Source: a virus. From it: a stretch of DNA of 29,802 nt. This document shows, in pieces, positions 14,268 through 23,470 of this stretch. The stretch is from IMG/VR virus record IMGVR_UViG_3300045988_171260; one strand, written 5' to 3'. The position numbers were made by a program, and so were the translations under genes. Each line of letters opens with the position of its first letter. The first letter of the stretch is position 1. The notes beneath the pieces were generated by a model that was not told the DNA's origin, searched no databases, and was given only the letters and a program-made list of their open reading frames with translations.

Positions 14268-14529
14268 TAGACATTTTACACAATTTTTTCTTTTGATTTT
14301 CGTGCAGATTGCCCATTGACATTTCTTGTCTATTGACATTTTGTACAAAAATCAAATTATATTTTTGTATACTTTTACCATTGACAGGACTTGTCAATAG
14401 ACATAATGCACAAAATTTTCCTTGCATTTTTGTGCAATTTTACCTATTGACAAACTCATTTTAGGAAAATATCTTTGTGCATTTTTTACAAAAATTTAGC
14501 CAAAAATTTGTGCATTTTGTCTATTGACA
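14262..14529. repeat. Four copies of the 12-mer TGTCAATAGACA in alternating orientation (14262, 14327 rc, 14392, 14518 rc), interleaved with TTTGTGCA(A/T)TTT and (t/c)attgaca motifs
   Basis: Exact 12-mers read from the sequence. Each carries TGTC-N4-GACA dyad symmetry and a TTGACA hexamer on one strand. Confidence 0.75.
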
Positions 14530-15094
14530 GGCTTCTCGGAGCGTTGCGAAAGTATACGCTCCGATGGTAGATGGTAGATGGCAAGCTACCAATAGCCAAT
14601 AAAATTCTAATCTTCTTGCTTTATTTTAATTATTTAAAGAATTTATTTTATTAGTTTAACTCTTTCTCCTCTTTATTTAAAATAATGTGTTCAAAATCCT
14701 TCTGAACAAAAAACATATCCTCTTTGGAAAATGATTTGAAAAATTATTTGTTAGGCGGTGTTTTGTTGCTTCTTACTCAAAAGAAAAGACCAATCTACAG
14801 ACCATACCCAAACATAATACCCGGGCTATATTAAAGGATTAAAATTTTTTACTTTTATAAAAAGATAGTGTTCTCCACAATTCTCTCTCCAAAAAAATTT
14901 TTAAATCTAAAAATTGAAGAAAATGAAGAAGAAAAAATTGAAATAATTCTCCTTCCAAAAATTTTAGAATCTAAGAATCTAAAATAAAAACTTTAAGGAT
15001 TCTAAATATTAAAAAATTTTCTTCTTCTTCTTCTTTAAAAAATGCGTGAGTGTCAAGTTAATCTCCGAAATACGTTTAAAAGCTTAGTAATCAT

Positions 15095-15319
15095 CTAAAA
15101 CATCGCGTTTGCCTGTTCATAATATTTTAATTCTTGAATCCAAGCGATTGGAATTACCATTTCCGCTTTAGCGTATCTTTCTATAGCATCCATGATTTCA
15201 TGTCTCCTAGTATTGATTATTTCTAATCTAAAAGTTTCACGCGGAACCAATCCTGCAACTGCAACTGCAACTGTTTTCTTTGCTTTCCCTGTTTCGTTAT
15301 TCATAGTCATATTACTCAT
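15095..15319 (-). CDS. Hypothetical small protein (74 aa)
   Basis: ORF track. GGAGGAAAA RBS. Follows 15332..15676 by 12 nt in the same operon. Confidence 0.5.
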   Translation of the reverse strand: MSNMTMNNETGKAKKTVAVAVAGLVPRETFRLEIINTRRHEIMDAIERYAKAEMVIPIAWIQELKYYEQANAMF

Positions 15320-15331
15320 ATTATTTTCCTC

Positions 15332-15676
15332 CTATTTTACTATTTTAATTACTTTACCATGTTTTCCGCTCATTTTCATTTTCATAATAATCTTTCTAAT
15401 TATTGCGTCTTTTCCATCATAAAAAAGTATAGCAAAATCAATATTATCTACCATTTTCTGAATTAATTTATCTATATTGCGATCAAATATATATTCAATA
15501 GGAGCACCATTATTTTCTGCCCATATTTTTCCAATAGACTCCGAGAGCTTCTTCTCCGTATTCCCGCAAACAACAGTAAACAAGTAACACTGCGTTTCAC
15601 AGATAAAATCTTCCATAGCTGCGGAGACTAGGCGATTATCCGCGAAACCGCGACTTCCAAGAATACTAATTCTCAT
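15332..15676 (-). CDS. SLOG/DUF2493-like Rossmann-fold protein (114 aa)
   Basis: N-terminal ISILGSRGF glycine-rich loop and overall size are typical of phage DUF2493 / YspA-like SLOG domains. Assignment from memory of the family, not a search. Confidence 0.45.
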   Translation of the reverse strand: MRISILGSRGFADNRLVSAAMEDFICETQCYLFTVVCGNTEKKLSESIGKIWAENNGAPIEYIFDRNIDKLIQKMVDNIDFAILFYDGKDAIIRKIIMKMKMSGKHGKVIKIVK

Positions 15677-15757
15677 CTCTTTTTCCTCTTGTTTTATTTA
15701 TAAAATAATTATAACAAAAATTTTTTAAAAAATCCAATTAAAGTGCTTTAATCAAAT

Positions 15758-15786
15758 TTGACAAAAAAATTTTTTTGTGGTATAAT
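15758..15786 (+). promoter_or_regulatory. Consensus promoter TTGACA-17-TGgTATAAT for the morphogenesis operon
   Basis: ttgaca aaaaaatttttttgtgg tataat. ~25 nt upstream of GAAAGGAG RBS and ATG 15814. Confidence 0.65.
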
Positions 15787-15813
15787 ATAATTGTAAATTA
15801 GAAAGGAGAAATT

Positions 15814-16971
15814 ATGACACCAATAATAATAGAAGATGAAGCTTTTGAGGAGAATATTTTAGAAGAAGAAAAAACAACAGAAAAACAAATCAAAGAAGAA
15901 AATATACAAACTACTATTAAATTAGATTATTCTTTAGAGACTCCTGAAGAGCGGAATGAATTAGTTAAAAAAATTATAAATAATACTCCTTCTGAGCAAT
16001 TAACACCTAGATATTTAGAAATATTGTCAGATTACATTATTTTTGCTATGGATAAACAAGAGCGGAAACAAAAGCAAATATTAACTGATAATCACATGGT
16101 CACAGTTAACAAAAGAGAAACTTCTTTTGAAGGATTAGTTGGTCGCTTAGAGAATGGCGAAGATGGCATTTATAATATGATTGCTAATGATAAGAATATT
16201 ATCTTTACACCTAAATTTCAAATAACTCAACAAGATATTGCGGAAATCCCCGAGTTAAAACAACTTGTAGACGCGATTGCGGAAGTTGAAAAAGCTGAGA
16301 AAAAAGCAGTTGGTAAAAAGAAATTTTTATTAAAAAAGCAACTTATTGCTATGAGACAAGATCAATATGTAATTAGAAGTGCATATAAGCCGCCAATTTA
16401 TTGTATGAACGCAATTAAAAGTTTTAGCAAAATTGATTTTGATGAAAATGTTTCTATTAGCGGAGATGATGAAATTGAAGATAATAGCTTAGTTTCTTTT
16501 TTTAATCCTAAGCACGTATCTGCGTTATTATGTAACTATTCCCGCCTAAAAGAAGATGCATGGGGAAAATTCTATAGTGATTCATACTTTTTAATGGAAG
16601 ATTTAGATACATTAATAGAAAAGACTTTAAGAGACAGCTATCCAATGTATTATGACCTCTTGATTTATAAAATAGATGGAAAACAAAATCTTGAAATTCA
16701 AAGCCTATTGAATCAAAAGCATAATGTAAAACATTCAGTGGAATATATATCATCTTTGTGGCGGAATAAGATACCTAAGCTATTGTCAGAGCAAGCTCAG
16801 GAAGACTACTTAATTTGGTATTATACGACTCAGAAGAAGGGAAAATGGAAAAAATGTTCCCGCTGTGGGGAAATCAAATTAGCTCATAATAAATTTTTTT
16901 CAAAGAATAAGACAAGCAAAGATCATTTTTACAGTATATGTAAATGTTGTCGAAATAAGAAAAATAAGTAA
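15814..16971 (+). CDS. Hypothetical protein (385 aa), acidic N-terminus, C-terminal zinc ribbon
   Basis: ORF track. CSRCGE...CKCC at the C-terminus. First gene of the structural operon. Confidence 0.7.
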   Translation: MTPIIIEDEAFEENILEEEKTTEKQIKEENIQTTIKLDYSLETPEERNELVKKIINNTPSEQLTPRYLEILSDYIIFAMDKQERKQKQILTDNHMVTVNKRETSFEGLVGRLENGEDGIYNMIANDKNIIFTPKFQITQQDIAEIPELKQLVDAIAEVEKAEKKAVGKKKFLLKKQLIAMRQDQYVIRSAYKPPIYCMNAIKSFSKIDFDENVSISGDDEIEDNSLVSFFNPKHVSALLCNYSRLKEDAWGKFYSDSYFLMEDLDTLIEKTLRDSYPMYYDLLIYKIDGKQNLEIQSLLNQKHNVKHSVEYISSLWRNKIPKLLSEQAQEDYLIWYYTTQKKGKWKKCSRCGEIKLAHNKFFSKNKTSKDHFYSICKCCRNKKNK

Positions 16972-16983
16972 AGGAGGCTAATA

Positions 16984-18183
16984 ATGAATTATACTTGCAA
17001 CAAATGCGGAAAATCAATGGATGAAATAAATTTTTATACATATAAAAATGGTAAAAAAACAGAATTATGTAAAAAATGTTTAACTATGCATATAAATAAT
17101 TTTGAACCTAATACTTTCCTATGGGCATTAGAAAAGATGGATGTTCCATATGTTCCAGAAGAATGGAATATTTTAAGGGATAAAGCCTATGCAAAAGATC
17201 CTTATAAAATGAATGGGATGTCAGTATTTGGAAAATATCTTTCTAAAATGCGGCTAAAACAGTGGAAAAATTATAGTTGGGCAGATACAGAAAAGATTGC
17301 TCAAGAAAAAGAAAAAAAGACTCAAGAGGATCTCGAACAACAGAAAAAATTTGAAGAGAGTATGAAGCAACAGCTTGAAAAAGGGGAAATTTCTGAAGCT
17401 GAATACAAAACAATGGTTTCTACCCCTACTCAGAACGCGGAATTGGCGGTAAAAGCTCCTAAGAACGAGATTGGAACTGACAATTTTTATGATGAAAATA
17501 ATTTTATAAGCGAGGATGAATTAATTGATCCCGCCGCGGAATTAACTCAAGAAGATAAGATTTACTTAGCTATGAAATGGGGACGTTTATACAAACCAAA
17601 TGAGTGGGTTGAATTAGAGAAAAAATATGAAGAGATGACTAGTTCTTTTGATATTCAAGATTCAGATACTACAGGAACTTTAATTCTTATTTGTAAAACC
17701 TATTTAAAGATGAATCAGGCGATCGATTGCGGTGACATGGATGGATACCAGAAATTATCCAGAGTATACGATTCATTGCGTAAATCCGCAAAATTTACAG
17801 CCGCACAAAATAAAGAAGTAAAAAGTGATTTTGTAGACTGTATTGGAGAGATGGTTGCCTATTGTGAAAAAAATGGCGGTCAGATTCCAAGAATGAAGAT
17901 AGAGGCTCCAAATGATATAGTAGATAAGGTTATCATGGATTTAAAAGAGTATACGAGATCATTGATTTATGATGATAAATCCCTTGCTCAACAGATAGAA
18001 AATTATATTAAGCAGAGAGAAAATGCGGATGCGATGAAGAAAGATAGAGAAGAAGCTAAAGAAAAAGGCTATAATCAAATAGAATTAAAAGATAGAGATT
18101 ATCAAACTTATTTTGATAATATTGCAAAAGAAAAAGAAAATGATGAAAAAATTTATATAGGAGAGGATGAAGATTTTATATGA
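16984..18183 (+). CDS. Hypothetical protein (399 aa) with N-terminal zinc ribbon; possible DNA-recognition/terminase small-subunit role by position only
   Basis: CNKCGK...CKKC at the N-terminus. Stop overlaps the TerL start (ATGA). No recognisable TerS motif, so the TerS call is positional inference. Confidence 0.7.
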   Translation: MNYTCNKCGKSMDEINFYTYKNGKKTELCKKCLTMHINNFEPNTFLWALEKMDVPYVPEEWNILRDKAYAKDPYKMNGMSVFGKYLSKMRLKQWKNYSWADTEKIAQEKEKKTQEDLEQQKKFEESMKQQLEKGEISEAEYKTMVSTPTQNAELAVKAPKNEIGTDNFYDENNFISEDELIDPAAELTQEDKIYLAMKWGRLYKPNEWVELEKKYEEMTSSFDIQDSDTTGTLILICKTYLKMNQAIDCGDMDGYQKLSRVYDSLRKSAKFTAAQNKEVKSDFVDCIGEMVAYCEKNGGQIPRMKIEAPNDIVDKVIMDLKEYTRSLIYDDKSLAQQIENYIKQRENADAMKKDREEAKEKGYNQIELKDRDYQTYFDNIAKEKENDEKIYIGEDEDFI

Positions 18184-19922
18184 GTTTAAAAGGTTTATTA
18201 GATTTATCTGAATCTAGAACTCTTAAGAAGCAGGGTATGTCAGAAGAAAGACTGAAAGCTCAACTTCCTCATTTAAGAAAACTAATCGCTTATTATAGAG
18301 AATATCCAGATCTTTTGGTAGACTTTATGAAAGGTCCTGAGAGTACTTTTAAATTCTTTTTTTACCAGAGAATATTCTTAAGAATTACAATGCGGCATAG
18401 ATATGTGTATGCCACTTTTCCACGTGCGTATAGTAAATCATTCTTATCTATGATGATTCTTATGTTAAGATGTATTCTCTATCCTAACTCACATTTATTT
18501 GTTACTACTGGCGGGAAAGAACAAGCTGCTAGTATTACCATAGCAAAGATTGAAGAAATATGTAAGCTCATTCCCGCCCTTAATAATGAATTAGATTGGT
18601 CAAGAGGAGCTTCTAAGAAATCAAAAGACGATGTTAATTATATCTTTAAAAATGATTCTTCTATTAATATATTAGCTGCGAAACAATCTTCTAGAGGCCA
18701 GCGTAGGACAGGTGGTTTAATGGAAGAATGTGTTCTTATAGACGGAGATATATTAAATGAAATAATAATTCCTACGACAAATGTTGATAGATTATTACCA
18801 GATGGAACTAGACATAAAGAAGAAATAATTAATAAAAGTCAAATATATATTACAACAGCTGGGTGGAAGAATTCATTTGCATATGATAAACTGATGGAGC
18901 TTTTGGTTCAGTCAATGATTGAACCTGATAAAGTTATGATTATGGGTGGAACCTATGAAACGCCTGTTGCAGAAGGTCTTTTGGATGAAGATTTTGTAGA
19001 GCAACTCAAATTACAAGGCACATTTAAAGAAGATTCTTTTGATAGGGAATATCGTTCTAAATGGAGCGGAGATGCAGAAAATGCATTTTATTCTTCTGAA
19101 AAGTTTGATAGGTATAGAGTGTTATCCCAACCAGAATACGAATATAGCGGAAGAAGTAGTAAATCAGCTTATTATGTTATAGGGGTGGACGTCGGACGTA
19201 TAGGCTGTACAACTGAAGCTTGTATATTCAAAGTTACCCCTCAACCGCAAGGAGCAGCTTTAAAGAGTTTGGTTAATATCTATACTTATGAAGCAGAGCA
19301 TTTTGAAACTCAGGCAATCAATTTAAAGAAATTATATTATAAGTACAAAGCTAAAATTATTTCGATTGATGCAAATGGCTTGGGTATTGGACTCATCGAC
19401 TTCATGACAAGGGCACAGATTGACCCTGAAACAGGGGATACCCTTCCGCCGTTTGGAGTTGAAGGAGGAACATCAGAAGATGCTATTGCTCCTTATAGAA
19501 AAATTAAGGGCGGAGATGTGGAAGATAATGCTTTATATTTAATTAAAGCAAATGCACCAATTAATACTGAAGCTTATTCATATACTCAGACTCAAATGTC
19601 TAGCGGAAAAATTAAATTTTTGAAAGATGAGTCTGAAGCTAAAGCTAAGCTAATGTCATCAAAAGTTGGTCAGAATATGGATGCAGATAAAAGAAATGAA
19701 TATTTAAAACCTTTTGTTTTAACAACGATTTTAAGAGAACAAATGCTAAATCTAGTTGAAGAAAATGAAGGAGTTAATATTATTTTAAAACAATCTTCAA
19801 GAGGTATAAAAAAGGATAAGTTTTCTGCTTTTATATATGGACTGTACTATATAAAACAGGAAGAAGACCATAAGAAAAAGAGACGAAGTAGAAATATATC
19901 AGATTTTATGTTCTTTAGCTAA
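18180..19922 (+). CDS. terL: Terminase large subunit (580 aa)
   Basis: Deviant Walker A FPRAYSKSF. Acidic ATPase motifs. C-terminal RNase H-like nuclease start YYVIGVDVGRIG. Position upstream of the portal gene. Confidence 0.88.
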   Translation: MSLKGLLDLSESRTLKKQGMSEERLKAQLPHLRKLIAYYREYPDLLVDFMKGPESTFKFFFYQRIFLRITMRHRYVYATFPRAYSKSFLSMMILMLRCILYPNSHLFVTTGGKEQAASITIAKIEEICKLIPALNNELDWSRGASKKSKDDVNYIFKNDSSINILAAKQSSRGQRRTGGLMEECVLIDGDILNEIIIPTTNVDRLLPDGTRHKEEIINKSQIYITTAGWKNSFAYDKLMELLVQSMIEPDKVMIMGGTYETPVAEGLLDEDFVEQLKLQGTFKEDSFDREYRSKWSGDAENAFYSSEKFDRYRVLSQPEYEYSGRSSKSAYYVIGVDVGRIGCTTEACIFKVTPQPQGAALKSLVNIYTYEAEHFETQAINLKKLYYKYKAKIISIDANGLGIGLIDFMTRAQIDPETGDTLPPFGVEGGTSEDAIAPYRKIKGGDVEDNALYLIKANAPINTEAYSYTQTQMSSGKIKFLKDESEAKAKLMSSKVGQNMDADKRNEYLKPFVLTTILREQMLNLVEENEGVNIILKQSSRGIKKDKFSAFIYGLYYIKQEEDHKKKRRSRNISDFMFFS

Positions 19923-19995
19923 AACAAAATGGACAAATGTTTATAAAAAAGAGGAAGTATTTTTAAAGTATTATGAAAAAGAAGGGAGAAATGCT

Positions 19996-20352
19996 ATGCG
20001 AGCAAGTAGAGGTGAAATAAAAATTGAAGAAATTCTTCAAGAATCAGGTTTGAATTTTAAAGAAGAGTATATTTTTTCTGACCTTGTAAGTTCTAGCGGT
20101 CGACCCCTCAGATTTGATTTTGCGATTTTAGATGATAATAATGAATTAGATTTTTTAATAGAGTTCCAGGGTATTCAACATTATGAACCAAAGAGCAAAT
20201 TTGGTGGAATCTCTGGATTGCGGAAGCAACAATATAATGATATGAAGAAGAGAGAATATTGTGCTAAGCACAATATTCCTCTTGTAATCATTCCTTATTG
20301 GGATGAAGGTAGACTTGATTATGATTATATTATGACTGCCGCAGGATATTAA
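19996..20352 (+). CDS. Vsr/DUF559-like PD-(D/E)xK small endonuclease (118 aa)
   Basis: RFDFAIL...DFLIEFQGIQHY matches the D...(E/D)-(F/V)-(D/Q)-G-x-x-H core of Vsr/DUF559-type nucleases. Inserted between terL and portal. Confidence 0.5.
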   Translation: MRASRGEIKIEEILQESGLNFKEEYIFSDLVSSSGRPLRFDFAILDDNNELDFLIEFQGIQHYEPKSKFGGISGLRKQQYNDMKKREYCAKHNIPLVIIPYWDEGRLDYDYIMTAAGY

Positions 20353-20417
20353 AATTTTTATTTTAATAAATTAGATAAAATTGTATTTTATGTTATACTA
20401 TACTTAGAAAGGTTAAG

Positions 20418-22010
20418 GTGTATATCTTGATAAATAGAGTAGCAGAAATAAAGAAGAAGGGGTTCCAAATGAGTATTAATGACTCCACAGAAGATATATA
20501 TGCTCAATCTTTTAATGCAGTAGACTTTTCTAAAATCAAGGTCGGGATAAAAACTTTAGATGACGCTATTGTAAACTTAGGAGAACTAAAAAAAATCAAT
20601 CCTAGGTTAGCTGATAAAAAAGAAGTTTTACGAGCTATTAATAATGGAGACTATGAAACAATGAGAGATATATCTAATTTCTTTTATAAAACTAGTGGTA
20701 TTTATAATAGACTTTGTAGATATATGGCATATTTATATAGATATGATTGGTTAATTACTCCTTATATTAATTCAGATAATTTAAAGCCAGAAAAAGTATT
20801 AGATGGATTTAATAAAGCTTTAATGTATTTAGATAACTTTGAGGCTAAACGTTTTTTTGGGGAAGTTGCATTAAAAGTTATTAAGAATGGCTGTTATTAT
20901 GGATATTTGATCCCCCAAAAAGATCGAATGGTAATACAAGAATTGCCGCCTAAATATTGCCGTTCAAGATTTAGTGTTAATGGACGTCCTGCGGTAGAGT
21001 TTAATATGAGATTTTTTGATGAAGCATTTAGAGATACAACTCAAAAGATGAAAATGCTAAATCTGTTTCCCGCGGAATTTAAGAAAGCTTATATTCTTTA
21101 CAAAGAAGGAAAATTAAAAGCTGATTTTGCTGGAGATACATCTGGGTGGTATCTATTAAACATTGATAACGTAATAAAATTTAACTTGAATGGAGATGAC
21201 TTTCCGGCTTTTATTTCAGTCATTCCCGCAATTATAGATCTAGATGCTGCACAAGAGCTAGATAGAAAGAAAATGCAACAAAAACTATTAAAAATTATCA
21301 TTCAGAAAATGCCTGTTGATAAAAATGGAGATTTGATTTTTGATGTAGAAGAAGCTCAACAGTTACATAATAACGCTGTGAAAATGTTAGGAAAAGCGAT
21401 TGGGATAGATGTTTTAACTACTTTTGCTGATGTTGAAGTTGCGGATATGGCTGATAAGAGTTCCACCACTACTGTTGATGAATTGGAAAAGGTTGAGCGT
21501 GCAGTTTATAATGAAGCTGGAGTTTCTCAGATGCAATTTAACACAGATGGAAATATTGCCTTAGAAAAATCTATTTTGAATGACGAAGCTTCCATGTATA
21601 ATTTATTAATTCAATTTGAAGGGTTTTTAAATACATTATTAAAACCTTTTAATAAGAATCCAAAAAAAGTATACTATAAAGCACAGATTTTAACTACAAC
21701 AATTTATAATTATAAAGAGATGGCTAAATTGTATAAAGAACAGACTCAATTAGGTTATTCTAAGATGTTACCGCAAATAGCTCTAGGTCAATCTCAAAGT
21801 TCAATTTTAGCTAATGCTTATTTTGAAAATGACGTTTTAGATTTAGTAAATCTATTTATTCCGCCTTTAATGTCTAGCACTATGAACGTGGAAGCATTAA
21901 GCCAAGCAAAAACTGCGGAAGATGGAGAAGAAAAGAAAGCGGGCAGAAAAGAAAAAGCTGATGATGAGAAAAGTGAAAAAACTATGAAAAATATAGAATC
22001 TCAAGGTTGA
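20418..22010 (+). CDS. Portal protein (~515-530 aa). Track GTG start 20418; ATG with GGGG RBS at 20469.
   Basis: Size and position immediately after terL. Acidic C-terminal tail. Confidence 0.8.
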   Translation: MYILINRVAEIKKKGFQMSINDSTEDIYAQSFNAVDFSKIKVGIKTLDDAIVNLGELKKINPRLADKKEVLRAINNGDYETMRDISNFFYKTSGIYNRLCRYMAYLYRYDWLITPYINSDNLKPEKVLDGFNKALMYLDNFEAKRFFGEVALKVIKNGCYYGYLIPQKDRMVIQELPPKYCRSRFSVNGRPAVEFNMRFFDEAFRDTTQKMKMLNLFPAEFKKAYILYKEGKLKADFAGDTSGWYLLNIDNVIKFNLNGDDFPAFISVIPAIIDLDAAQELDRKKMQQKLLKIIIQKMPVDKNGDLIFDVEEAQQLHNNAVKMLGKAIGIDVLTTFADVEVADMADKSSTTTVDELEKVERAVYNEAGVSQMQFNTDGNIALEKSILNDEASMYNLLIQFEGFLNTLLKPFNKNPKKVYYKAQILTTTIYNYKEMAKLYKEQTQLGYSKMLPQIALGQSQSSILANAYFENDVLDLVNLFIPPLMSSTMNVEALSQAKTAEDGEEKKAGRKEKADDEKSEKTMKNIESQG

Positions 22011-22029
22011 TTAAATTGGAGGTAGCTAA

Positions 22030-23457
22030 ATGTCAAGAATGAGTATAGCTACGATAGATAGTCCAGAATTTATAAACGTTTCTCCATATAATCCTTTAAT
22101 TTCAGAATGTGAAATTAAAGTTTTGTATCTTGGAGAAAATAGAAATCATAGCTATATAAGTAAAGAAGTAGCTACAGAGATGGCTAATTCGTTACCTGGA
22201 TGTCCTATTGTAGGTTATTTTAAACAAGATGTAAAAGATTTTGGCGATCATGGGGATCAAGTAGTAATTGATGAAGATGGAATACATTTTAATTGTCTTA
22301 CAAAACCTTATGGATTTGTAGCTCCTAATGCTAAAATTTGGTTTCAAAAATTTGAGGATATAGACGATTTTGGAAATTCTATTATTAGAGAATATTTAAT
22401 GACTACTGGATTTTTGTGGACAGGGCAGTTTGAAGAGGCTCAAGCTGTTGTTGAGCAGGGAAAACCACATTCTATGGAATTAGATGAAGATTCCTTAGAA
22501 GGAGAATGGTCAAAAAATTATAAAACAGGTATAGAGTTTTTTATTATAAATGACGCAATATTTTCAAAATTATGTATTTTAGGAGATAATGTTGAACCTT
22601 GTTTTGAAGGTTCAAGTGTAACAGCTCCATGTATAAGTACATCGTTTACTAAAGTAGATGATAATTTTAAAAAGACTTTATATACTATGATGCATGAATT
22701 AAAAGATGCATTAGAAGGAGGACAAATGGCTTTAGAAAAAGATAATAAAAAAGTTTCTGATGAAAAGGACAAAAAAGAACAAAACTTTTCCGCAGAAAAT
22801 CAAAATTCTACAGAGGGATTAAATCAAACTGATTTTGTAGCTTCTGATAAAGATAAAAAGAAAAAAGAGGAAGATAAAGAAGATCAGCCTAAAAATGATG
22901 AAACCACAAAGACAGAAAAAAATGATGAAGATAAAAAGAAAAACTTTGTAAAAAAAGAAGAAGATGAAACTGTTAAAGAAGAAAAAACTAATACAGAAGA
23001 TTCTACTTCAAAGGAAGATAAAAAAGATGATAATAAAGCATCTTCTGATGACGAAGAAGAAGAAAAGAAGAAGAATGATAAATATACTTTATTAGAAACT
23101 CAATATCAAAATTTACAAAGTAAATACTCTGCATTAGAAGAGGATTTTCAATCATTAGTAGCTTTTAAAAATCAAATTGAAAATGAGAAAAAAGATGCTT
23201 TAATTAACAGTTTTTACATGCTTTCAGATGAGGATAAGAAAGATGTAATTACAAATAAAGCTAAATATTCTTTAGATGATATTGAAGCAAAGTTATCTGT
23301 AATTTGTGTTAGAAAGAAAGTTAATTTTGATTTAGAAAATACCTCAAAAAATGAAAAAGATAATCCTGTTACAACTTTTAGTTTAGAAGAACAGGATAGC
23401 TCTATCCCAGCGTGGATAAATGCTTTAAAAAATACTCGAAACAGTAGAAATGATTAA
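22030..23457 (+). CDS. Scaffold-like protein (475 aa): globular N-domain, ~150-aa K/E/D low-complexity linker, C-terminal coiled coil
   Basis: GGAGG RBS. KKKEEDKEDQPKNDETTKTEKNDEDKKK... low-complexity stretch. Predicted coiled coil YTLLETQYQNLQSKYSALEEDFQSL. Lies between portal and capsid genes. Confidence 0.5.
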   Translation: MSRMSIATIDSPEFINVSPYNPLISECEIKVLYLGENRNHSYISKEVATEMANSLPGCPIVGYFKQDVKDFGDHGDQVVIDEDGIHFNCLTKPYGFVAPNAKIWFQKFEDIDDFGNSIIREYLMTTGFLWTGQFEEAQAVVEQGKPHSMELDEDSLEGEWSKNYKTGIEFFIINDAIFSKLCILGDNVEPCFEGSSVTAPCISTSFTKVDDNFKKTLYTMMHELKDALEGGQMALEKDNKKVSDEKDKKEQNFSAENQNSTEGLNQTDFVASDKDKKKKEEDKEDQPKNDETTKTEKNDEDKKKNFVKKEEDETVKEEKTNTEDSTSKEDKKDDNKASSDDEEEEKKKNDKYTLLETQYQNLQSKYSALEEDFQSLVAFKNQIENEKKDALINSFYMLSDEDKKDVITNKAKYSLDDIEAKLSVICVRKKVNFDLENTSKNEKDNPVTTFSLEEQDSSIPAWINALKNTRNSRND

Positions 23458-23470
23458 GGAGGATATATAG

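Noticed and set aside
15192-15422. Plus-strand ORF of 76 aa
   Set aside because: Antisense to 15095..15319 and 15332..15676. Hydrophobic low-complexity artefact.
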